DNA of 63,903 nucleotides, the filler included. It is 11 parts of 11 records of this genome, joined end to end, with 100 filler letters (N's around TTAATTAATTAA, not from the genome) between each part and the next. Parts side by side here need not be neighbours in the genome. Positions count along the whole stretch, not along the records: positions 1 to 11,595 come from SRR15195285_938; positions 11,696 to 18,198 come from SRR15195285_944; positions 18,299 to 22,734 come from SRR15195285_948; 8 more parts are not named here. One strand, given 5' to 3'. The translations under genes and the position numbers were made by a program. This document shows positions 10,783 through 21,648 of this stretch, piece by piece. Numbering within the stretch: position 1 is the first letter of the stretch; every line of letters starts with the position of its first letter. The notes beneath the pieces were generated by a model. The model was given only the letters and a program-made list of their open reading frames with translations, did not search any database and was not told the DNA's origin.

Positions 10783-10928
10783 AGAACGCCCAGGTTAGGT
10801 TTGGTAGTAACCGTTATGAATTGATGATCCATCGCTTATCGGGAGCTGATCACAAAAACACGATTCCTTATCGGGAATCTCGCAATTCTAATTCATAATG
10901 TTTTGCCCAAACCTAACCTTGGCGTTCT
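10783..10928. mobile_element. MITE-like element with 22-bp terminal inverted repeats (21/22 match, imperfectly extendable to ~40 bp)
   Basis: AGAACGCCCAGGTTAGGTTTGG at 10783-10804 versus the reverse complement of 10907-10928, AGAACGCCAAGGTTAGGTTTGG. Sub-terminal TTATGAATT/AATTCATAA pair, AT-rich core, and AG on both flanks. Confidence 0.65.
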
Positions 10929-11519
10929 AGGCCGGCGTGCGGACAGATCGAGATCGAGAGAGTTGTGAGCGGGAGAGCCAGGCCGGCGTGCGGAAAAGAC
11001 AGCTGCTCACCTTTGGGACGCTTCAGCGAGGAGTTTGCCGGTCCTGCAGCAGCAGCACTGGCAGACTGCTTGTGGTTGCGCTTGCTTGGTCTTGGCTTGG
11101 GCTCGAAGTCCGAATCGCTGTCCTCAGAACCAGCTGATGCGCATCGCAACGTGCGTCAGTGCCAAGCTAGCAAACGAGCTCGTGGCACTGCACTCTGAGT
11201 GCAGTATATCACAACTATCTGAGTGCAGCCAGCGAGCTTGCTGTGGAAGCATGGAACGTTCACTCACCTGTAGGCATCGTTGAGAGTATGGCTCAGCAGC
11301 TACGCACTGCGCACTGGTGCCGTACCGACCGCAGCAGCTTCTGTGCGTTCCTTGGGCTGCTGCTGTTCGAAACTGGTTTGGTCTTGGTGGGGCTGCTCTC
11401 GACAGGGCGTGTCTTTCTTGCTGCCGCGCACGCGCGCGCGTGCCCACGAACGAAAGCTTTGATCGAATCGACGAATGCAAACGAGAGACCTCTCGGAGTG
11501 CACTCTTGCCCAGTATCAT

Positions 11520-11581
11520 GTTGTACCGCCGGGAAAAAAGCGGAAACCAGCAAAAAAAAATGCTAGTTTCCGCTTTTCCCG
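11520..11581. repeat. 62-bp hairpin-containing segment flanked by an 8-bp direct repeat (AGTATCAT)
   Basis: Stem AAAAGCGGAAACCAGCA / TGCTAGTTTCCGCTTTT around an oligo-A loop. AGTATCAT at 11512-11519 and 11582-11589. Confidence 0.6.
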
Positions 11582-11595
11582 AGTATCATATCCAC

Positions 11596-11695
11596 NNNNN
11601 NNNNNNNNNNNNNNNNNNNNNNNNNNNNNNNNNNNNNNNTTAATTAATTAANNNNNNNNNNNNNNNNNNNNNNNNNNNNNNNNNNNNNNNNNNNN
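11596..11695. other. Artificial contig linker N44-TTAATTAATTAA-N44 (also at 18199, 22735, 28065, 36289, 40568, 45327, 49606, 53489, 58426)
   Basis: Ten identical 100-bp spacers with stops in all six frames. Genes are truncated at them. Confidence 0.99.
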
Positions 11696-11744
11696 CATGT
11701 TCACCGACCCAGGAATCACATTGTGGTCGCCATATTCATTCGAA

Positions 11745-14700
11745 ATGCGCCGCCGGCGCGCCGCCATCAGCGGTTGGTGGCTTTTTGGGATTGCCATAGG
11801 CTATATTATAGCGCGGCCGGCATCTGGAGTGAGACGCCTGGTTTGCTGGGTCACGTGGGGGCCGGATGGGTGGTGGGCAGGCTCATGGTCGCACGGTGCA
11901 GCAGGCTGGGCACAGTGAGGGCTCAAGTAGTAGAGTGGTAGTGTGGGGTTGCTGGGCGGTGATTGGGTGCTGGGCGGTGCTGCTGTACTTCGGCGCCACT
12001 CGAGGCTTGCAGCTCCTCAACCACTGCAAATGGTCCATGGGATCGCCCAAGGGATCCCCCTCAGACACCGGCAATACACTCGCACAGCAACTCCTCACAC
12101 AAAAGGGAGCCAAATACGAGCTCTCACAGGCGGCGCTGGTCACAACCAAGGCACCAGACACACACCCCGTTACGCACACAGCTGTCAAAGAACTCACGCA
12201 GCGGCTGCTCGTAAGTCACCCTCCAAGCTCTCCACACCAATGCAAGCCGCCACCGCAGCGCCGGCCTCCAGAGGGCTGCCACACTTAACGCTGGAATTCT
12301 CTCCAGGGAGATAAGCTGAGCGAGCGAGCAGCAGGGAGCTGATTGGCACCCGGCCGCTTGCGTGCTGCTTGATGCTGCTTCGTTTGTGAACGCTAATGAC
12401 GTCGACGTGGTGTTGCTCATGCAAAGGATGCCACCGTCAGCGACTGCGACGATGGTGTGAGCACCAACATGACGGCGCGGCGATCGAGGCACGGGTGGAT
12501 ACCTACCTGCTGGTGGCGGAATATGCACGGGATCTTCGTTCCGGACGGCAACGCTCTCGCACCTCACCGCGAGTGTGGGGCACAGAGACTGTTTGAGGAT
12601 CGGGACCTCGATGTTTGGCACGATCTGATGAGCCCTGACAACGTCAGCGCAACGCTCATTTTGTGGGACATCAATGATGGCTTCGGGGCTGATGGCAATC
12701 CGTGGGAGACGGAGGCATGGAAGCGCCTCGATCGTACAATCGATGGCTGGCTAGCGGACCAAGCTCCGTCTACTCACGAGGTAGCAGGTAGTAGTGGCAC
12801 AACAAACGGGGACTTCTATCAGGTTGGCTTCACCCACTTGCAAATGCTGCTAGCAGCGGGGCAGAAGGGCGTGCCCCAAGATATCGAGCGCGGGGATATC
12901 ATCACGCTTCCAATCGCATGGGTGATCCTCTTGCTCTTCTGTGGCCCTTCGGCATGCCTGGTCTTGGTGACGCTCCCCGTGACCTTGTTGGTTACATTTT
13001 GGTTGCTCGACGAAGTGGCCACAGGCGCTTGGTTTGCAGAGCACGACGGCTCAGCCGCTGTAGACTTTCCGTCGTTCACCCCGGCCATCTTCATCAATAT
13101 GATCATTGCCAGTGAGTCTTGCTTCTTTCGTGATCGAGGTGGTCTTCTTTGTCTGACGCATCGCCTTGGCCGCAGTCTCACTTGACTACGGCCTGTTCAT
13201 GTTGACCCGCCACGGCGAGGAACTTCGCCGAGGCATGACAAACATCGTGGCAGTCAAGGTCGCATTATCCCGCGCTGGACGGGTCGTGTTCGTCTCGGGT
13301 GTGACCCTGGGCCTGACCAATGCGGGACTGACCTTTTGCTCTGTCGATGTGGTGGCTTCGATTGGATGGGGTGGGACATTGTCGTGCTTCGTTGCGGTCG
13401 CAGTACATCTGACGCTGCTGCCCGCCCTCTTGATTGTCTGTGGACCGTGTCTCCACACATTCGCTCATAAGTCGTGCAGATGCGAACTGTTTTCAAACTT
13501 GAGCTACTGTACTAGCGACACCACGCTTGGCTCGGAGTCCTTGCTGCCCACAGCAGGGGTGGGAGCAGGGAAGTTCATGCGAGGATCCGAGAGGGTGCCA
13601 AGGCGCGGGGATTCCACTCTGCCGCCTGGTTTGCTGGGTTCTGGTGGGCCGGTGAGCAAGCGATGGGTTCGATTGGGAGAATTTTGTCGTGACCATAGAA
13701 TCGCAATCATTTCTGCTATGATTGGGGTGATGATTCCGTTCGGCTACTCTACACTGCAGTATCAAACATCCGTAAGCGGGCTGATGCTGACACCGCGGGA
13801 GACACCGGCGCTGACTGCGATGACAGACATTACAGGTTCGCCCCATGCTTGCCTGCATTTTGCCTGGGCCTGTGGGCTTGAGGTCTGACCTTTGCTGTGA
13901 TCTCTGTGTAGCTCGAGGAATCAACGCTGGAATATTGAACCCGATCACCATTCTAGTGTACAACAACGCCAGCACCAGGGCGACTGCACCACTCGCTTTG
14001 GAGCCTCAGTGCCAGGACGACGACACCGACCTGCGGCTGCTGGTCGACGGCATAGACTTGTTCTCAGTTCGCTCACTTCCCGCTACAGAAGTGACGTGTA
14101 TGGATCTAAAGGAGATCACACAAGGGGAGATTTGTACGGCCGAGAACATTAGTGGAGTCCCAACGCTGGAGCTGGCACGAGTGGTTTGTCCAGGCTCGTG
14201 CACTAATCTGTGTGATGCAGCTGGATTCGGCCTGAACGATACCGCCAGTGCGAGACTCAATCGTACAGTAAGCTGTCATTTGCACGTCATTGTGGAAAGA
14301 CACCGATACCAACTGACCGATATGCTCTCTGGGCACAGGTTCTAGCTCCTGAAATTTTCTCGCTCGTGGGTCAGCTGCGTTCAAGACTGTTCGCTACCTT
14401 TAGGCAGCTTGAGCCCCATTCAGTCCGAGACGTCACTACAGAGCCGTTCAGTAACAAAGCGGTGCCCGATGTACGGACGGCGTTCGAGCTGCTCCAAGGA
14501 CCAGGGGTGACGCCACGGAGCTCGGCATATCAGGCCCGATTTCAGCGGCTCACCAATTACAATTTTTCTGCGACGCTGATACAGGTTTTACTGGCTCATT
14601 CGCAGGGCGTCGGGGGCAGCGGGGATGTGGACAAAATCAGAGAAATTGTGTCAGAGTCACCGTGGGCCGAGTCGGGATTCGGATTTGCAGTGCTGGGGTC

Positions 14701-15570
14701 GACGGCATCGATGCTGGACACCGTCGACCAGGTCTTCGCTGAGTCGCCGCCCATTTTAGCGGGCGTGGCTTTCACCGTCGTGTTCGTCGTGGCAGGTCTG
14801 GCGTTTCGATCGTTGTTGATCCCACTACGCCTGCTCGGGACGGTCCTTGTAACGCTGACGATCACTGCTGGCTCGACGGTTCTTGTCTTCATCACAATTC
14901 TCGGCCTCGATGGCATCTATTGGTTTGGTGCGCGTCTTTGTCTGACGCATCGCCTTTGCTGCATTCTCACTTGACTACGGCCTGTTCGTGTTGACCCGCT
15001 AGTACCAATATGTGCGTCCAGTCTGGTAGTCGGCCTGACAGTACGTACTCGATTCAATACTTGTCAAATGCGTAGAGAGTTGAATTGCAGCAATTTTAGT
15101 AGCTCAGCTGTGACGTTTATACGAATGTTGTTGACTGGAGCAGGTAGACTACGATGTCTTCCTGATCTCTCGAATTTACGAGCACCGCCACGAAGGATAT
15201 ACGACCGAGGCCTCGATCTTGCGAGCCATTGGAACCCAGTCGACTACGATCACGACAGCTGGAGTCATCATGGCAATAGCGTTTACGTCGCTTCTGATGT
15301 CTGACACATACGTGCTCAATCAGTTCGGATTTGTCCTCGTTTGTGCCTCTGTCGTGGACACGTTTATCGTACGATGCCTGCTCCAGTCAACATTTGTACA
15401 AACGTGGTGGATGAGCTGCTTCTGAATATTGCTTGTGACTGGAGCAGGTGCGCACGCTGTTCGTACCTGCGCTGATGTTTTTGGCCGTGGATGCAAACTG
15501 GTGGCCTGGTCAAATGCCACCGGCGGTTCGTGAGTCCGTGTACGAGATGGAAGGCGGCCGCCAAAGATAG
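11745..15570 (+). CDS. MMPL/RND-family membrane transporter, multi-exon (5' end uncertain)
   Basis: The spliced model gives two MMPL halves: IIAISLDYGLFMLTR..EE...AGRVVFVSG and VGLTVDYDVFLISRIYE...TITTAGVIMAIAF...DTFIVRTLFVPALM...NWWP. Inferred introns: 12211-12426, 13112-13175, ~13836-13911, ~14268-14338, 14928-15002, 15041-15143, 15369-15447. Confidence 0.85.
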
Positions 15571-15717
15571 TGGGGCGGAGCTGCTGAGGCGGAAAGGGAG
15601 TGGGTGAAATGACAATAAGCCAATGAAATGTTCATATTTGAGCGTGGCGAACGTTGCTTTACACAATCATGTTGGAAACGCCTCCGAGGCACCGCGCAGA
15701 CTTCTTAGAGACGTGTA

Positions 15718-18174
15718 CTATTTTGCGCGCTTCTTTATGGCTCTGGCTATTCTTGCTGGCTCCAACCCCTTTGCGCCAAGCTCGCGCCACATCATGCTGT
15801 CCATCTCCAACGCGAGCTCGCCGTCTACCGCCTGCTCTTGCGCTGCTGCCGCGACGTCCTTGAGATCCATCTCCGCTGAGAGCCACTCACACAGCGTGTC
15901 GCAGCTCCATGTTTCGACTGCACGTTTGCTCGATGCTTCGACTGCACGTAGGCCACATCTTGCAAAGCTCTTCATTCGGATCTGCAACTCTGGATAGCGA
16001 CTGCAGAGCCGCAATATGTCCTGAGCTCGCAGCACACCTAGTTCAGTATTAGTCGTCGCCCGGACAGTGCGGATGCGCACAGCGTTGCCGATTCCGTAGA
16101 AACCCTGACCCACCGAGTCAACTACTGCCTTTTCACCGAAGAAACCACCCCGTGTCAGATGCCCCAGCAGTTCGCAATTTTCACCTGCGGTGACCTCGAC
16201 CTCGCCATTGATAACGAAGTACATCTCGTGCCCGACATCGCCTCGTTTGAAAATGACGTGGCCAGTAACTGTAGTTGTCGAGATGATTGCGGCGCAGAGC
16301 TCAAGCACAATCTCTTTTGACAAGTGCCTGAAGAGTGGCGACCGCACAAGTATCGGCTTGTACATCTCCAAGGATAAGTCTCGCGCCAGAGCCTCTGGCA
16401 AGGTGCTGAGCACTTGCTTCTCATCAAAGTGCGTGGCCGACTGATTCTTAGCGACGAAATGCTTCATAATCCTGCGCTGTCGGTCAGCTGAGAATCGGCG
16501 GCTAGCCATCCACGCTTTCAGCTGGGCTAGTTTGATCAAGTATGCGTTTTCGCCGACCTTGGACGCGAACATCAACTGCGACATTAGCCCAGCGAGCGCC
16601 GCCTGGATCAAAATGGAGGCCCCCTCCGCAAAAACGGCAAAAGCCTTCTCACTGCCTGCAACGGCGAACGAGTCGCCCAACTTGAGAACGGTGTACATCG
16701 CGTGCGCATATCTGTTCGCTATCGATACATCGGGACATTGTGGGCACTGGTCCGAGCTGGTCCAGAGCAAACGCTGGACCCACCCAAGCTCACTGCTGGC
16801 GCCCAGAATGTACCATATGCACGCTAGGATGTGCGCAGCATAGGCTATCACAGCGAAGGTTAGGAAGCTGGACATGCGCATTCGCCACTCGTCGAAGTTA
16901 TCGAAACGGCTGAGCACCTTGACAATTCTAGTAGCCCGCATCATCTTCATCAAACGAGTCAGCCTGATTGCCTTGACAGCTATGCCAGCGTCTGAGTTGG
17001 CCTCCGAGTCCAGTACGTAGGCGACCAGGTTGAACGGTATCGCACTGAAGAAATCGGGAACAAACCAGCCTCGCAAGTACTGCACCGCCAACGCCTTCGG
17101 GTCTTGCTCCAGGTCTCCGAGGTCGGTTATTTTGGCCGTCCGGAAATTCAAGACAATATCGACGCAGAAGACAAGATCGACGCCCACATCCAGCCAGAAA
17201 GCCCAGGTGCCTGCATCTGGGAAGTAGTTGAAGCAAATCCGAAAGGGCACCACGATCACAGTGTAGAGGATGGCAATGACCGAGATGATGTCTGTCACTC
17301 TCACAAAGTTACTGTTAGGATGCCTCATGTACCGATGCTCGATCAGCTGAATCTCGCGGGCCACTTTGCCTGTTGTGGCGCCTGGGTACAAGTCGCCCAG
17401 CCTGCCCCATAGATGAGCCGTAGCGTGAGACATCTGCACGATCCGGGAGTGCAAGAACTTCCACCGCTCCCGCGAGTTCTCTGGATGGTGAGTGCCACCA
17501 GGAAACTTCTTTCCTCTCTTGATCCCATCTATGCTGCTCGCTAGTGAGCGCCCGGTCCCCTCTGACAGCTCGTCTATTCTTGTGACCATTGACTCTGGCA
17601 GCACCGGCGCAGCGCCATGCATGTCACCAGTGCGCTGTCTCCACCAAAACTCAAACGCGTCCCAACATACTACCGTCTTGCGCCCAAATCCCACATCTTC
17701 TGAGAAGACATCGCTCGTCGAGAGTCGTTCACGCGCGTTTGACGCTCGTTGTTCTGTAACAAAGCTCACGGCATTGCTGACAGACATGTTCAAGAGACTC
17801 TTCGCCATCTTTTCGAAGTCATCGTCAAGATTAAATGGAGGCACGAGCTCAATCTGAGGGAAACGCTTCATCATTTGTTCAAACAGCACGCCCAATTCCT
17901 TCTTGGTCAGCGAGTCTGACTTGTCTTCATCCGCCAGGTCAAACAATTGCCTTGCCATCCGGCGGGCGGCACGGATGTCGCTCTTGAGGAGGTTCGCGAA
18001 CCAGCCTTCGAAGGCGTTGAAAGAGATGGCGCCTGTGTTGCCATCATCGAGACTGACGAACTGCTCCTCGATCTCGTGCGGCTTCATCCGGATCTGCTTG
18101 CCGTACAGCTCCTTGCGCTTGGTGCACAGCACAATCCTGCGGCGCGGGTCGCACACGGGCAGGTGAGCGTGCAC
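15718..18174 (-). CDS. KCNH/HCN/CNG-like voltage-sensor cation channel with N-terminal EF-hands, CNBD and C-terminal SAM domain (5' partial)
   Basis: EF-hand loops DDGNTGAISFNAF and DEDKSDSLTKKEL. S1-S3 motifs include YLRGWFVPDFFSAIPF; S4 is IRLTRLMKMMRATRI. CNBD motifs: GDVGHEMYFV, FFGE, RTVRA. SAM: WSCDTLCEWL...VDGE...ELG. Confidence 0.88.
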   Translation of the reverse strand: MHAHLPVCDPRRRIVLCTKRKELYGKQIRMKPHEIEEQFVSLDDGNTGAISFNAFEGWFANLLKSDIRAARRMARQLFDLADEDKSDSLTKKELGVLFEQMMKRFPQIELVPPFNLDDDFEKMAKSLLNMSVSNAVSFVTEQRASNARERLSTSDVFSEDVGFGRKTVVCWDAFEFWWRQRTGDMHGAAPVLPESMVTRIDELSEGTGRSLASSIDGIKRGKKFPGGTHHPENSRERWKFLHSRIVQMSHATAHLWGRLGDLYPGATTGKVAREIQLIEHRYMRHPNSNFVRVTDIISVIAILYTVIVVPFRICFNYFPDAGTWAFWLDVGVDLVFCVDIVLNFRTAKITDLGDLEQDPKALAVQYLRGWFVPDFFSAIPFNLVAYVLDSEANSDAGIAVKAIRLTRLMKMMRATRIVKVLSRFDNFDEWRMRMSSFLTFAVIAYAAHILACIWYILGASSELGWVQRLLWTSSDQCPQCPDVSIANRYAHAMYTVLKLGDSFAVAGSEKAFAVFAEGASILIQAALAGLMSQLMFASKVGENAYLIKLAQLKAWMASRRFSADRQRRIMKHFVAKNQSATHFDEKQVLSTLPEALARDLSLEMYKPILVRSPLFRHLSKEIVLELCAAIISTTTVTGHVIFKRGDVGHEMYFVINGEVEVTAGENCELLGHLTRGGFFGEKAVVDSVGQGFYGIGNAVRIRTVRATTNTELGVLRAQDILRLCSRYPELQIRMKSFARCGLRAVEASSKRAVETWSCDTLCEWLSAEMDLKDVAAAAQEQAVDGELALEMDSMMWRELGAKGLEPARIARAIKKRAK

Positions 18175-18601
18175 GAGGGTGCACGAGGGTGCACGAGGNN
18201 NNNNNNNNNNNNNNNNNNNNNNNNNNNNNNNNNNNNNNNNNNTTAATTAATTAANNNNNNNNNNNNNNNNNNNNNNNNNNNNNNNNNNNNNNNNNNNNGC
18301 GTGACACTGGGCATAAGGCCCTTATGCCTGGTGTCAGAACCCCTCGTGGAGCGGGCGCGTACGAAACCTCAGCACCAACCTGGGTGCAGATCTGTTTTGA
18401 CTTTGCCTTCCACATGAATAGCTTGATCCGGGCCACCACCACTAGTGAGAGCAGCGACGACCTCATAAAGGTTGCCAGATCAATGTCAACTCGCTATTGC
18501 TTGCTAGATAGTGTGAGAAGAATATACTAGCTCTCGCAGCTCAGAGAAGACAGAACCAGTTGGACAAGCTTAATGCACCGCAAAACAGTCTTCATTGAGC
18601 A

Positions 18602-19624
18602 TTAGAGTTCGCCGCTTTCCTGATACTTGCCGTGATTCCAGACTCCTTTGTTCACGCTCCCATCCAGACCTGTTACTTGCCCACTCCCTGCCACCAATCA
18701 TTATGCAATGCGGAAGTCCATGGTCAGTGTACAGCTCTGGGACAATCAAATCCCCAGCATGGCAATCAAATTGCATTGTGCTAACCGTGCTTGTTGCCAT
18801 CCTGCCAGCTACCGACGTAAATGCGACCCTTGGCGTCTACGTGCGTGCCATGGCCGTTGTGTTTTCCGTTCTCCCACTCTCCTTCGTAATGCCCACCCTT
18901 TGGGTAAGTGTATCGACCCTTCCCGTTCCTTTTGCCCTGCGGATCCAGTGGCAATCCGAGAGATTCAAGTAATGAACAGTATGATGCTGCGGGTTGCACC
19001 CGGGTCAGAGAGAGTGCTGGCGGTCTCCAGCTGGAGCTGGACGCACATTACGCATCTCGCCGACGTACGTCGCGCCATCCGCCCACGTATAGGTCACCTG
19101 CCCATGGTACTGCCCGTTCTGCGACTCGCCAACCACCGTGCTGCCATCCGGCCTGCGCCCAAAGAATGCGACACGATCGCAGAAGCGCGGCATATAGTAC
19201 ATCAGTTCAGCCCGAATCTGAGATTCACAGCACCTGCTGGGCATGTATAGGAAACTGCAAGTGGCGGTGCGCGCGTAGGGGAGGGGGGGGGAGCCGCAGG
19301 AATACAGCGCAGACTGTCGACGAACCACGTGTATGTGCCGTTGCCGTGTGGTTTGCTGTCTTTCCACTCTCCATCGTACACGCCACCACTTGGGTAAGTG
19401 TACTTGCCCATTCCTTCCCTCTCGTCGTTCTTCCACTGTCCGTCGTAGTACGAGCCATCCTTCCACGTGTAGCGGCCTGTGCCGTGCTTCTCCCCTGCCT
19501 CGTTCTGATCGCCGCGATACACCGCTCCGTCTTCGTGAGTCAGGGTAGCGTCCGTTCGCTTAACCCGCGCGACGGCCAGCGGCGCCAGCAGCGCGGCCGT
19601 CACTAGCACGAGCAACGAAGACAT
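18602..19624 (-). CDS. MORN-repeat protein with signal peptide, 4 exons, C-terminus SGEL
   Basis: Repeats of Y.G.W......G.G.YT...G and an N-terminal MSSLLVLVTAALLAPLAVA. Inferred introns: ~19153-19325, ~18937-19046, 18688-18785. Confidence 0.85.
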
Positions 19625-20515
19625 CAACGCTCTTGCGCAAGCTTCCTCCTGCAGTCGCAGCAGGGAGCGGGTGCGAGCGAGCCAGCGCCGCAGCTAGAGC
19701 GCGCTTCGTGTGTACAGACCGCCCACGCAGTCACGACCTTGCAGCGCCGCTGGTGCTCACTGATGGAGCTGGCCAAGATGCAGCAGCGATCGCACCGGCG
19801 GCGCACATGCACCGGCCGGGCTCCGCGCTCCGCGGTACCGCGATACGGCGCGGCCGCGCGGGGCGTATTACGCATTTGTCTAAAAAGAGCCCCGTACTTT
19901 TGGGAGTTGAGATTAGAAAGTGTATTCGGCAATTGCGAGTTGAGAACTGTTGGAGTGGTATAATAGTGCGGGACCGGCTGTAAAGGTGTTTGTAAACTGT
20001 AATCGTGTTTGTAATGAACGGCAAAAGAGAAAAGTTGTACGGGTACTAGGAATTCCTAGTAGTTCGGACAAAGTTCCATCCCATGGGATTTCTACTACGG
20101 TATGAATAAACAAGCGCCGGAGTTAATAGTACGGATAGTACGGTTTAGCGAATTTCACTCGCTCCGCCGCGCCCGCGCCGCGCCGCCGCGGTACAGCCAC
20201 CGCGTAGCTCGATAGCGCGTGCACTGGCAGGCGAGTGCAGTGTACACGCGAGAGTACATACGTAGCGGACACCGTATCTAGGATACCGTCTCTACTACTG
20301 TATAGTACGTGGTCGACCACGCGGTGTACACACACCGTACTTCCCGCTACGATACTGGGTACGTACGGGCGAGAGGCCGCGGCGCGTGGCACTGGCCGAC
20401 TGGCGACACTCGCGTTCACGCACGCACCACGCACGCACGCAACGCGCGTTTGTGGGTGGGCAGCTGCAGCCGCGCTGGTTGGCTGCAAGGAGCAGCACTC
20501 GATCGTGCGTGTCCG

Positions 20516-21558
20516 ATGGCGGTTACGCGGTCGGCAGCATCCATCCGGCTGTACCACTGCCCCGGCGCTCGCTCGCTTCGCGTGCTCTGGGCGATGCGAG
20601 AGCTTCGCCTGGTGGATTATGAGCTGATCACGATGCCGTTTCCACCTCGATTCACATTGAAGCAGTACCCACTCCAGCTGCGACTGATTTTATCTCTTGA
20701 TCACTGATCAATTTCGTATCTGATCAGTATTCTGTACTGCGGTGGCTGATCAAGGCGCGTATTGGTCGGAGCAGGTACATAGGTGTGAACCGTCTTGGAA
20801 CCATCCCGTACATGACGGACACGGACAATCCCACACTGGGAATGACGGAAAGCTGTGCCGCGCCGGTGTACCTGGCAGGTATTTGCCGAGCCCTCAATTC
20901 TGAAAGTCCAGCGAAAGAACCATACTTTGCTGACATCTCGGTCTATTGTCGCAGAGAAATATGGCTCGCCTGATTCACAGGCTGAATTGGTGGTGCAACC
21001 GTCCGAGAGCGACTATGGAAGCTACCTTAACTGGCTGTTCCATGCCGACGTCAGTGTGCAACCACGACACGCACGCGCACGCAGTCAACCAGGCCACCCA
21101 TAAGCCAACAGAGCAAGCCACTCGCTCGCTCACGCGTGGCAGACCAGGTTGCGCTCACACCTGACTTGTCACAGGCCACACTCACCTTCCCACAGACGAT
21201 ATTGTTGCGCTACGGTCAGCAAGAACCAGAAAAGGGGCTGCAGCAGGCAGGAGAAGACTACGGAAAGTGGTACATAGCTCGCCTACGTATGCTGGACGGC
21301 ACGTTAGAAGACGGGCGAGAATTTCTCTGCGCAGGGCGATTTACGCTGGCCGACATCTGCATTACCTATGCGCTGTTCCTTGGAACCACTCTAGGTTTGG
21401 ACGAACGCTACAAGCCACAGACCGCTGCATATCTGGAGCGTATGATGCGTAGGCCAGCCTTCGTTGCAGCGCGGGAGGAGGAGAGAGAGAATCTCGCGTC
21501 AAAGGCCTATGAAACAGATCCTTGCTTGCAGCCGCTTGGTGCCTCGCCAAAACTGTGA
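20516..21558 (+). CDS. Glutathione S-transferase, multi-exon
   Basis: LYHCPGARSLRVLW, VNRLGTIP, MTESCA, FLCAGRFTLADI, YLERMMRRPAF. First intron 20665-20774. Confidence 0.9.
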
Positions 21559-21648
21559 GAATCTGCAGTGCCACAGTCAGCTACATTCGGCAGCGCTACA
21601 TGATTCAATGAAATTAGCTCGCTTTGCCGTGAGCCCGGGTGACGATGC

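Noticed and set aside
10913-11519. Minus-strand ORF fragments (SEDSDSDFEPKPRPSKR)
   Set aside because: Possibly exons of a low-complexity protein, but there is no consistent splice model or domain.
12211-15447. In-frame stops and frame changes suggesting pseudogenes or an alternative genetic code
   Set aside because: Those I traced are resolved by canonical GT-AG introns, and the long exons translate cleanly with the standard code.
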